Shown here one piece after another: positions 1 through 8,290 of a stretch of DNA of 64,000 bases. The stretch covers positions 224,001 to 288,000 of the forward strand of contig CAVTLK010000005.1 in NCBI GenBank assembly GCA_963735595.1, given 5' to 3'. The stretch is from an uncultured delta proteobacterium. Lineage in GTDB: Bacteria; Desulfobacterota; Zymogenia; Zymogenales; Zymogenaceae. The position numbers were made by a program, and so were the translations under genes. Numbering within the stretch: the stretch's first letter is position 1; every line of letters begins with the position of its first letter. The notes beneath the pieces are model-generated. The model saw nothing but the letters and a program-made list of their open reading frames with translations, did not search any database and had not been told where the DNA came from.

Positions 1-709
1 CTTTGGCTTTCTTGCTGCCGGGATGCTCCGGGGCGTAGTAACCCGAGCGAAGCATCGCCTTAGCGATGTTGAGTATAAACGCGGCCACCGGCTGCATCCG
101 CTCGCGCTCCTGGGGAGCGAACTCCCGACGTACGTGATCTGCGGTCGAGATGACCGGTGGGGGAAGGGCCGCCTCTTTACGCGACACGCGGGTAACCGAG
201 TCGCGGTCGCTGATAATGGTCTGCAACCACTCAAAGCGTCGTTCCCGTGTCGGCAGCGAGGGTGCGCGGTGAACCGTGCCTTTGCCCGGCGCCGGGCTGC
301 GGGCCGGCTCACCGCCTGCGTGTTCGCCCGGATATGGGGCCGGCGCACTATCATCGCTCCCGGCTGGTTCGAGCAGCCGCCGGTAGGTATTGTTTTGCAT
401 CAGGGCGTTGGTGAGCCGCCCGATCCGTTCGCCCTGTATCGGGTCAAACCGGATCGTAATGCCCTTCTTCGGCTGCGGGTCCGTTCTGTTTTCGAGGTTG
501 ATAACCGACGATACGAAACCGCCGATAACAAACGGGTCGTCAAACCCCGGGATGAGGATTGTCAGCTCTATCGGAGTGCCGACGGCGGGCGCCTGGGACG
601 AGGTCAGCTGGAAACTGGAGTTTTTGATGTACCTGAGGTATTGGCCGAGAAAGGCCTCGGGAGAGTTGTATCGAACCTTGACCTGTACGGATTTTTGGTC
701 CATTGGCAT
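1..709 (-). CDS. Partial protein, 3' end off-window: N-terminal PilZ-like domain, low-complexity linker, then start of a helical domain
   Basis: Absent from the ORF track (no stop in window). Manual translation from ATG at 709: MPMDQKSVQVKVRYNSPEAFLGQYLRYIKNSSFQLTSSQAPAVGTPIELTILIPG...KKGITIRFDP...FILNIAKAMLRSGYYAPEHPGSKKAK, open to base 1. Domain calls are by resemblance only. Confidence 0.7.
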   Translation of the reverse strand, partial: MPMDQKSVQVKVRYNSPEAFLGQYLRYIKNSSFQLTSSQAPAVGTPIELTILIPGFDDPFVIGGFVSSVINLENRTDPQPKKGITIRFDPIQGERIGRLTNALMQNNTYRRLLEPAGSDDSAPAPYPGEHAGGEPARSPAPGKGTVHRAPSLPTRERRFEWLQTIISDRDSVTRVSRKEAALPPPVISTADHVRREFAPQERERMQPVAAFILNIAKAMLRSGYYAPEHPGSKKAK

Positions 710-969
710 CCATACAAACGGGACGGCGTAAGGAATCCGTTTATTCGGGCTGATTTCTCAAAAACGATATGCGCATGCCGGAACGGTCGGCGTTCATGGC
801 GCGGGGACCAATAATGTCTCCATTTGTATCACGTCTATGTGTCGATTGTCTATAAAAAATAGGCGGTCGAACCGTGGACGCCCTTCGCGGGGAAACCGGT
901 TACGTTTCGTATCGTTTCGGAAGTCCGTTCCTTGAATATAAGATGATACTGGGGATTGAGGACGTGAAT

Positions 970-1000
970 CGGGGCCGGAGGGTAGGACCCGCCGGCCCCG
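970..1000 (-). terminator. GC-rich hairpin downstream of the thiolase/DUF35 operon
   Basis: cggggccgg-a-ggg-tagga-ccc-g-ccggccccg; weak U-tract. Confidence 0.4.
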
Positions 1001-1033
1001 TGATCTAATACAGGGGCAGTGAAATGTGCAACC

Positions 1034-1453
1034 CTACGATTCGAGATTAAACAGGGGGCGCGCGGAATCTCCGGCCGAATACTTATCACCCGGAAACACC
1101 TTGGCACCGAGCTTACCCATCTTCACCTTCTTTCCGATGAGATTCATCGTTACCACGTCCGGATCGATAATCATCAGGTTTCCCATGATCCAGGGACCCT
1201 CGGCAAGCTCTACCAGGACGATCGTATAGGGCGCCTCGGGCTCCCTGTTTTCAGCCGCCACGAAATTAAGGGTAAAGGTCTTGATCGTCCCATTTCCCGA
1301 AAGCTCGATGATGTCAAGATTGGTCCCGGCACACTCCGAGCAGACCATCCGCGGGGGGGCCGTTATCGCGCCGCAGTCCTTGCAGGAGAGCCCCAACAGC
1401 TTATTCTTCTTGAGAGCCTTGTTGTAGGCCTCAAAGGTAAGTTTGGATTCCAT
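1034..1453 (-). CDS. Zn-ribbon/OB-fold (DUF35) thiolase-associated protein
   Basis: CKDCG...PPRMVCSEC zinc ribbon, then G-x-I-x-T-F-T and PYTIVLVELAEG OB-fold motifs; directly follows the thiolase. Confidence 0.9.
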   Translation of the reverse strand: MESKLTFEAYNKALKKNKLLGLSCKDCGAITAPPRMVCSECAGTNLDIIELSGNGTIKTFTLNFVAAENREPEAPYTIVLVELAEGPWIMGNLMIIDPDVVTMNLIGKKVKMGKLGAKVFPGDKYSAGDSARPLFNLES

Positions 1454-1454
1454 G

Positions 1455-2634
1455 TTACCAACCCCTCTTCATGATAATGTTGACCAGCGTCCCGCCGTCG
1501 CCGCCGAGCGTATCGGTCATCCCGATCTGTGGCGTCGGGGACCTGCCGCTGGGGCTCAACTTCGGACCGCAGCTGCCTGAATATCTCGTACACCTGGGCG
1601 GCGCCCGTCGCACCGATCGGGTGCCCCCTCGATTTCAGGCCGCCGGAGGGATTGATGGCGACGACCCCGCCGATATCGGCCTTGCCTTCTATCCATGCGT
1701 CGCCCGATTTGCCGTAGTCGAAGAACCCGAGGCTCTCGGCGGCGATCAGGCTGGCGATGGAAAAGCAATCGTGCAGCTCGCAGACGTCTATGTCCTTCGG
1801 GCCGATACCGGCCATGCCGTAGGCCTGCTTGACCGAAAGCTCGCGGGAATAGATCCGCGGCAGGGTCTTTTTCTGGCTGTGCAGCGGCCCCGCGGATGCC
1901 TGCCCGACGCCGATGATCTGGACGGGTTTTGCGGTCAGGCGCTTTACGGCGTCCTCGGAGGCGAGGATAACGGCGGCGGCCCCGTCCGAGAAGGGGCAGC
2001 AGTCGTGAAGCTGGAGCGGCGTAGAGACCATGAAGGACGAAAGCACCTGTTCGATCGTCACCTCTTTTCTCATCTGGGCCTTCTCGTTGTGGACGCCGCG
2101 CTTGTAGGACTGCACGGAGACCATGGCCATCTCCTCTTTGACCTGCTCGATGGGTTTGTCGTAGGTCTTGGCGTAGAGATGGGCCAGCATCGCGAAGACC
2201 GCCGGAAACGTCAGCCCGCTCGGAAATTCGTAGCTCCTGTCGGAGGCCATGGCAAACGTGCGCGTGGCCAGCGGCGTGCCGAGGCTGGCCGCCCGCTCGA
2301 CGCCCCCTACCAGGACGATGTCGTAAAATCCCGATGCGACCCACATGAAGGCGTCCCGGACGGCGACCGAGGCCGACGCGCACGCCCCCTCGTACCGGTT
2401 GGCCGGTACGCCGGCGCACCCGATGCTTTCGGCGGCAAACGCCTGAATCATTGCCTGGCCCTCGGAGAAATCCCCCAGGACGTTGCCCATGAAGACGGCC
2501 TGGATATCCTTTGACTTCACCTGTGCGGCGGCCATCGCATCCATCGCGGTCTCGGAAAAGAGCTCGACCTGCGTCTTTTGCTGGGCGTTGGTAAACGGCG
2601 ACTGCGCGCCGCCGACAACAAACACTTTTTTCAT
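1455..2634 (-). CDS. Thiolase (SCP2/thiolase-like acetyl-CoA acyltransferase); 1-bp frameshift near 1530
   Basis: EGACASAS, CCPFSDGAAA, ELHDCFS and GHPIGATG motifs. The expected C-terminus QIGMTDTLGGDGGTLVNIIMKRGW* is in the adjacent frame and ends at 1455, 1 bp before the DUF35 start. Confidence 0.9.
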
Positions 2635-2744
2635 GGTTTAGGCTCCCTTATAGTTTCGCGTTCAAACGTCTTTCTATGGTTTGGGACGGCCGGCGGGTAC
2701 GGGGGACCGACCGCCCGGCCGCCGGGAAACAGCTCACAGGGGGA

Positions 2745-3893
2745 CTATATCCCCATCTTGCGGGCGATGATCTCTTTCATGATCTCGGTGGTTCCGCCGA
2801 TGATCGAAAACGACCTGATGTCGGTATACGTGCGGGCCACGTCGTATTCGGCCATATACCCGTACCCGCCGTGGATCTGCGTCGCGTCGTACGCGACGTG
2901 GTTTACCATCTCGCCCACGGAGGCCTTGAGCATCGATATCTCGGCGACGGCGTCTTTGCCCTTCGCGAACCGGTCGGCGCACACGTAGGCAAACGCCCGC
3001 GCCTGCTCCACTGCCGTGGCCATATCGGCGAGTTTGTGGCGGATCACCTGGAGGCCCGTAATCGGCTTGCCGAAGGCCTTGCGCTCACGGGCGTAGGCGA
3101 TGGTCTTTTCCAGCACGTACCGGGAGGCCCCGATAGCCTCGACCGAGAGGATGAGCCGCTCGAGCTGGAGCTTTGCCATCAGCGCGTAAAAGCCCTGGCC
3201 CTCTTTCCCGAGGAGGTTGTCTTTCGTAAGTTTCACGTCGTCGAAGAATATCTCGGCGGTGTCCGAGGCGTGGCAGCCGATCTTTTCGAGCTTACGGGTG
3301 GTCAATCCGGCGGTGCCCCGCTCGACGACGAAGAGCGACACCCCGCGGTGCGGGGGGTCGGCCTTCTTGTCGGTCTTGGCGGCCACGACGATGACGTCCG
3401 CGTAGTGGCCGTTGGTGATAAAGGTCTTCTGACCGTTGAGGACCCAGCCGTCGCCCTTCTTTTCCGCGGCGGTCGTGATGCCGGCTACGTCGGAGCCCGC
3501 GCCGGGGTCGGTGATGGCAATGGCGCAGACGGCGGTGCCGGCGATGCAGGGAGAAAGCCAGCGCTTCTTCTGCTCGTCGGTGCCGAGATCGGCCAGATAG
3601 GTGGTGGACATGTCGTTATGGACGGCCACCGAGACCGCAAATCCCAGGCAGCCGCACTTGCCCAGCTCTTCTGCCATGACCACCCGGAAGAGGGGATCGA
3701 CCCCCAGGCCGCCGTAGGCGGGGTCGTAGCAGAACCCGAGAAAACCCATCTGCCCCAGCTCGTTCCAGATGAACCGGGGTATCTCGCGCTTGGCCTCCCA
3801 CTCCGCCACGAACGGGGTCACCCGGTCGGCGAGGAATTTCGCGAGCTGTATTCGAAACTGTTCGTGTTCGTCGGTAAATATGTCGTATGCCAT
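2745..3893 (-). CDS. Acyl-CoA dehydrogenase
   Basis: AITDPGAGSD, LNGQKTFITNG, RKAFGKPI, QIHGGYGY and IIGGTTEIMK motifs. Confidence 0.95.
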   Translation of the reverse strand: MAYDIFTDEHEQFRIQLAKFLADRVTPFVAEWEAKREIPRFIWNELGQMGFLGFCYDPAYGGLGVDPLFRVVMAEELGKCGCLGFAVSVAVHNDMSTTYLADLGTDEQKKRWLSPCIAGTAVCAIAITDPGAGSDVAGITTAAEKKGDGWVLNGQKTFITNGHYADVIVVAAKTDKKADPPHRGVSLFVVERGTAGLTTRKLEKIGCHASDTAEIFFDDVKLTKDNLLGKEGQGFYALMAKLQLERLILSVEAIGASRYVLEKTIAYARERKAFGKPITGLQVIRHKLADMATAVEQARAFAYVCADRFAKGKDAVAEISMLKASVGEMVNHVAYDATQIHGGYGYMAEYDVARTYTDIRSFSIIGGTTEIMKEIIARKMGI

Positions 3894-4239
3894 GCCGTCG
3901 TCCTTTTTCGACCGTTTTCGTGTCGGGTTATATCAGATGTATAAAGGGATTTTGTAAATTGCTGTCGTTTGTCGGAATGTGTGTTAGCGGTTTACATGAC
4001 CCTGGTTTCCCGATCCATGTAATGAGCGCGCCCTGCCTCCGCCCCGGACGAGACGCCGGCGGGGCGAAGAGAACCATAACAGAATTATGAATGAGGTATC
4101 ATTTTCCGGAGGATTTGTCAAAGAAAATCGTGCGGATATGTGATTTCCGTTTACGTAAACTGGCAGCCTTTTGGCCGGGAGCGGGGGAGTGCGGCGGTCC
4201 CGGCGGGATGATATGCCGAAAACAGGTGGCGAGTGCCCG

Positions 4240-4274
4240 AAAAAGAAACCCTTCCCGAACGGGAAGGGTTTCTT
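4240..4274 (-). terminator. Rho-independent terminator of the inverse autotransporter gene
   Basis: aaaaagaaacccttcccg-aa-cgggaagggtttctt: perfect stem, with the A-run giving a U-tract on the minus strand. Confidence 0.8.
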
Positions 4275-4308
4275 CCGTTGCGACGGACTCGGCGGCCCTG
4301 GCCCGTTC

Positions 4309-6945
4309 CTACGGATTAAGGTAATCGCCCGTAAGGAAGTTTGTCCACACCGGGTAGGTCCCGGCCGGGAGCACCGTGGCGCCCAGCGGCGTCGTCGCCG
4401 CGTCGAGGTAATTGCCCGACCAGCCCGCCGACCCGCCATAGGTATTCCCCGTCCAATCGACGCCGTTGCCCGCTCCAGCCGCGGAGATTGACAGGTATAG
4501 CAGGTATTGCGCCACGCTCCCCGTGATGCTCGCCGACACTCCCGACACCGTGAAGGGGTCAAAGGGACTACCAACGAAACCGCTAACCACGTAGACCCCG
4601 TACGCGTTGGCGTCCCCGGCCGCGGTGACCGACCCATTGGTAATCGTGCCGAAGATTTCGCTTGAGTATTCGTAGATGCCGTACGCGTCGCCGCCCATCC
4701 CGGTGGCGTCGACGGCGAGGTCCGAGATCGCGAAGGGGTGGGCCATGCCGCCGATGAAGCCGGGAGTCTCCAGGTAAACCCCGTACGCCGTGTCCCCGGC
4801 CGCGGTGACCGACCCGCCGGCGATGGAACCGAAGATATCGCCGCTAGACACGCGTTCATAGATGCCGTACGCCGTGTCCCCGGCCGCGGTGACCGACCCG
4901 CCGGCGATGGTGCCGAAGATATCGCCGTTATACGCGCATTCATAGATGCCGTACGCATTGCCTGCGGAGCCTGTGGCGTCGACGGTGAGGCCCGAGATCG
5001 CGAAGGGGTCGGCCGTGCCGCCGATGGAGCCGTCGTCCACCTCCAGGTAAACCCCGTACGCCGTGCCCCCGGCCGCGGTGACCGACCCGCCGGCGATGGT
5101 GCCGAAGATATCGCCGTAATACGCGTATTCATAGATGCCGTACGCATTGCCTGCGGAGCCTGTGGCGTCGACGGCGAGGCCGGAGATCGCGAAGGGGTCG
5201 GCCATGCCGCCGATCGAGCCGTCGAACGCGTCCAGGTAAACCCCGTACGCCCGGTTCCCGTCCGCGGTGACCGACCCGCCGGCGATGGAACCGAAGATAT
5301 CGCCGCTAAACACGCGTTCATAGATGCCGTACGCGATACCGCCCGTGCTCGTAACGGTGATGGCGTTGTTGGAAAGGATGAGGTCCGTGATGTAGGACCG
5401 GATGCCGTACGCGTTGCCGGTACCGGAAACGACGATCGTGTTACCGGTGACGGGGTTCAGCGTTGCTCCGCCGCCCGCGTAGATGCCCGTATTGGTTATC
5501 GGGCTGGCGGCCGTGCCGATGGTGTTGTCCGTGATCGTCACGGTGCCGCCGCCGGCGTAGATACCGAAGGCGTTGCCCAGGAAGTCGTTGTCCGTAACCG
5601 TGGACGAGCCGCCCGTGCCGTAGACGCCGCAGGTGCCGGTGAAGGTGTTGTCGTGGATATTCGTGCCCGCGCCGCCGCTGACGATGCCGTACGCGTCGAC
5701 GAAGTTACCGCCGAATATCTCCACGCCGCCGGCCGTGACGTCGATCTCGTATATGTCCGGGGCCGTGAGGTACTGGTTGATGATGACGCCGTAGACGGGG
5801 TGCGCCATGCCGGATCCCCAGATCGTGAGGCCCGAGACGCCGACCGTGCCGCCGCCCGCGTACGCGCCGCCGTCGTCCATCACGTGCACGGTCCTGACCC
5901 CCGAGAGCACGCCGGACGCGCCGTCGTTCATCGCCTCGCCGATGGATTCGTAGGGGTGCTCGAAGGTGCCGTCCCGCGTACCGGCGATATTTTCTGCGTT
6001 CTCGGAGACGAAGACCACGTCCTCGACCAGCGACCCCACTCCGGGCACGCTCGTGTTATTCCCTTCACGGCCGACCCGGACGTCGATGTCACGCCGGACC
6101 GGCTCGACGAGCCGCTCCCTGAGCGTGCGGTCGCCTCCGAGGTGCGAGCGGATGCCCGCAAACGGGTTCTTGCCCTTCACGAGGTTATCGACCGAAAACG
6201 GGACCGTGACGGCGGCCTCACCGTAATACTCATCCCCGCTGAGGTTGTCGTTCCGGTACGCGAAGCCGAACCTGAGGAAATCGGTCGGGACGACCTCGAT
6301 GCGCGACGAGAAGCCGTTCACGTCGTCGACGTAGTCGCCCGAAAAATGATACCCGCCCGCGTATACCCACGTCTCCATGTAGTCGGAAAGGTACGGGACC
6401 TTGAAACCGAGCTCGCCGTCAAACCCGCTGAGCGTCTCCTCGACGGCGCCGCCGTCAAAGTAGATGCCCACGTCCCGGAAGGTGTAGGCGTTCCCCGGCG
6501 AGCCGACCGCGCCAATCCGCGGGCCGGTGACGGCGAAGTAGCCGTTGAACCTCCCGGTGACCCAATCGGTCATCACCTCGGCGCCCAGGCCGACCTGCTC
6601 GTGCCGGGTGCCCCAGCCGGTCCAGCGGCAGTCGTAGTAGCCGTTGACGCCGAGGATAACCTCGTCCGAGAAGAGGAGGTGGCGGTAGCCGAAGCCGAAG
6701 TTCACCTCGGAGCCGTCGCGGTCGTCGAGGCTGTAGCGCGGGTTGAAGAATAGGATGCTCTTATCGCCCTGCCAGAAGGGGACCAGGAGGTCAAACGAGG
6801 TGATCGTCCGGTCGTCCGTGCCGAAGCGCACGGCCGGGCGGAAGTAGACGGAAAGGTCGTCCGTATCCTCAGCGGCCGCTCCCGAGACGGGAAGGGCGAG
6901 CGCCGTGAGGACACACGCGATACCGAGGAGTCGCTTAACGTTCAT
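4309..6945 (-). CDS. Inverse autotransporter (type Ve, intimin/invasin-like beta-barrel) with repetitive beta-helix passenger
   Basis: Signal peptide; N-terminal barrel motifs DLLVPFW, NFGFGYR, LGVNGYYD, QVGLGAE, GFDGELG, RLVEPVRRDIDV; GTFEHPY-SI cap; then AYGIY/AYGVY beta-helix repeats. Confidence 0.85.
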   Translation of the reverse strand: MNVKRLLGIACVLTALALPVSGAAAEDTDDLSVYFRPAVRFGTDDRTITSFDLLVPFWQGDKSILFFNPRYSLDDRDGSEVNFGFGYRHLLFSDEVILGVNGYYDCRWTGWGTRHEQVGLGAEVMTDWVTGRFNGYFAVTGPRIGAVGSPGNAYTFRDVGIYFDGGAVEETLSGFDGELGFKVPYLSDYMETWVYAGGYHFSGDYVDDVNGFSSRIEVVPTDFLRFGFAYRNDNLSGDEYYGEAAVTVPFSVDNLVKGKNPFAGIRSHLGGDRTLRERLVEPVRRDIDVRVGREGNNTSVPGVGSLVEDVVFVSENAENIAGTRDGTFEHPYESIGEAMNDGASGVLSGVRTVHVMDDGGAYAGGGTVGVSGLTIWGSGMAHPVYGVIINQYLTAPDIYEIDVTAGGVEIFGGNFVDAYGIVSGGAGTNIHDNTFTGTCGVYGTGGSSTVTDNDFLGNAFGIYAGGGTVTITDNTIGTAASPITNTGIYAGGGATLNPVTGNTIVVSGTGNAYGIRSYITDLILSNNAITVTSTGGIAYGIYERVFSGDIFGSIAGGSVTADGNRAYGVYLDAFDGSIGGMADPFAISGLAVDATGSAGNAYGIYEYAYYGDIFGTIAGGSVTAAGGTAYGVYLEVDDGSIGGTADPFAISGLTVDATGSAGNAYGIYECAYNGDIFGTIAGGSVTAAGDTAYGIYERVSSGDIFGSIAGGSVTAAGDTAYGVYLETPGFIGGMAHPFAISDLAVDATGMGGDAYGIYEYSSEIFGTITNGSVTAAGDANAYGVYVVSGFVGSPFDPFTVSGVSASITGSVAQYLLYLSISAAGAGNGVDWTGNTYGGSAGWSGNYLDAATTPLGATVLPAGTYPVWTNFLTGDYLNP
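4600..5345 (-). repeat. Intragenic tandem repeats (189, 189, 84 and 186-bp units) in the autotransporter passenger
   Basis: Anchor tagatgccgtacgc recurs at 4673, 4859, 4943, 5132 and 5321; all spacings are multiples of 3. Confidence 0.9.
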
Positions 6946-7129
6946 GGCTAGGTACCTGTGCTATAGGGTAAGTATAGGATCTGACAGGGAGAATGTAAGA
7001 ATTGACAAAACGATGTCATAAATAAAACCGGCTGTCAATAGAAAACATTAACTATAATATATTGTATACAGAAAGCGGCAGGGGTGAAGTGCGGGGCGCC
7101 GGGTGCGGTAACGCGTATACGATTGGATG

Positions 7130-7160
7130 AAAAAAAAGGGGGGAACGGTTTGCCCCCCCG
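7130..7160 (-). terminator. Rho-independent terminator ending the candidate sRNA/leader
   Basis: Minus strand reads CGGGGGGGCAAACCGTTCCCCCC followed by 8 T. Confidence 0.8.
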
Positions 7161-7235
7161 ATAAACGATGGCTTTACAGCCCAAAAGATTTTATAGAACA
7201 GTGTGTCTGCGTCTGCCGCGAATTACCATAACTAC
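7130..7235 (-). ncRNA. Candidate sigma54-dependent small RNA or leader RNA (~105 nt)
   Basis: Bracketed by a consensus sigma54 promoter and a strong terminator; internal GGCT-GTAA-AGCC GNRA hairpin; contains only a 12-codon mini-ORF (MVIRGRRRHTVL). Confidence 0.5.
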
Positions 7236-7246
7236 CCCTATAAAGA

Positions 7247-7262
7247 GCAATTCGCGTGCCAA
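7247..7262 (-). promoter_or_regulatory. Sigma54 (RpoN) -24/-12 promoter
   Basis: Minus strand TTGGCACGCGAATTGC matches YTGGCACG-N4-TTGC exactly; AT-rich tract immediately upstream (about 7270-7300). Confidence 0.75.
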
Positions 7263-7441
7263 TTACGCACGGATTATGAAACTAATTATTTACAATGATT
7301 TCGGCAGGTTAAGCGGGCGCCCTGACGGGGGGGCACTGGCGGTCGGGAGGGGCGTTTCAGGTATGCAACTTTTCCGTCTCACCGTTGCGTTGCGCCGTGC
7401 GGCGGGGAGGTGATCTCAACCATCCGGGCGGGAAAATACGA

Positions 7442-7468
7442 GGGGGACATACGCCCGGTATGTCCCCC
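7442..7468 (-). terminator. Hairpin downstream of enoyl-CoA hydratase
   Basis: gggggacatac-gcccg-gtatgtccccc perfect stem. Confidence 0.5.
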
Positions 7469-7512
7469 CGTGAATTCAGGTCGGCGAAGACGACGCCGTT
7501 TCCCTCGGCCGG

Positions 7513-8268
7513 CTACTTCTTGGGCACTTTCATGGCGGTAATCATGAATGCCTGGTTCCGGTTTTCGAGGTGGAGCGCCTGCTCGAGCGACGCGCCGTCC
7601 AGGTTCATGTTGATGGCCTCCTTGGTCATCCAGAGGCCGACCGGGTCCTTGGACACCATCTTATTTGCTATCTCGCGGGCCGTATCCATGAGCTTATCCT
7701 TTTCGACGATCCGGCTGACGAAGCCGAGCTCCTTTGCCTCCTGGGCGCTCATGAAGTCGCCGGTCATGAGAAACTCGTAGGCCCTGCCCGTGCCGATGAG
7801 CTTGGGCAGGAAGAAGCTGCTGCAGAGGTCGGCCCCGCCCAGGCCGATATTAATATAGGCTGCGTTGAACCGTGCCTGCGGCGTGACCACGCGGACGTCG
7901 GCGGCCATCGCAAAGCTGAAACCGGCGCCGGCCGCAGCGCCGTGGACGGCGGCGATGACCGGCTGCGGGATGCGGCGCATCTTGTAGTAGAGCATCGAGG
8001 TGCGGCTCTGGTAGAAATAGATGAGATCGGGCGTCACCTCGAAGAGCTGGGTGGCGGTCTCCGTCATATCCAGTCCCGAGCAGAACCCCTTCTCACCCGC
8101 GCCGGTCAGGATCACCACGCGGATGTCCCGGTTGGTGGACAGGGCGCCGAGGAGGTGGTCAAGCTCCTCGATCATCGCCTGGTTGAGCGCGTTGAGCTTG
8201 GCCGGCCGGTTGAGGGTCAAAAGGCCGATCGGCCCGTCCACGGTAAAGGTGATTGTCGTATAGTCCAT
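7513..8268 (-). CDS. Enoyl-CoA hydratase/isomerase family protein
   Basis: LNRPAKLNAL, FCSGLD, PVIAAVHGAAAGAGF and ADVRV crotonase motifs. Confidence 0.93.
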   Translation of the reverse strand: MDYTTITFTVDGPIGLLTLNRPAKLNALNQAMIEELDHLLGALSTNRDIRVVILTGAGEKGFCSGLDMTETATQLFEVTPDLIYFYQSRTSMLYYKMRRIPQPVIAAVHGAAAGAGFSFAMAADVRVVTPQARFNAAYINIGLGGADLCSSFFLPKLIGTGRAYEFLMTGDFMSAQEAKELGFVSRIVEKDKLMDTAREIANKMVSKDPVGLWMTKEAINMNLDGASLEQALHLENRNQAFMITAMKVPKK

Positions 8269-8290
8269 GGGTGCCCCCGTAAAGGTTTGG

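Noticed and set aside
4600..5345. Autotransporter repeats as a DGR template/variable pair or shufflon
   Set aside because: No reverse transcriptase or recombinase in the window. The repeats are in-frame tandem coding units, differences are not visibly adenine-specific, and there are no inverted cassettes.
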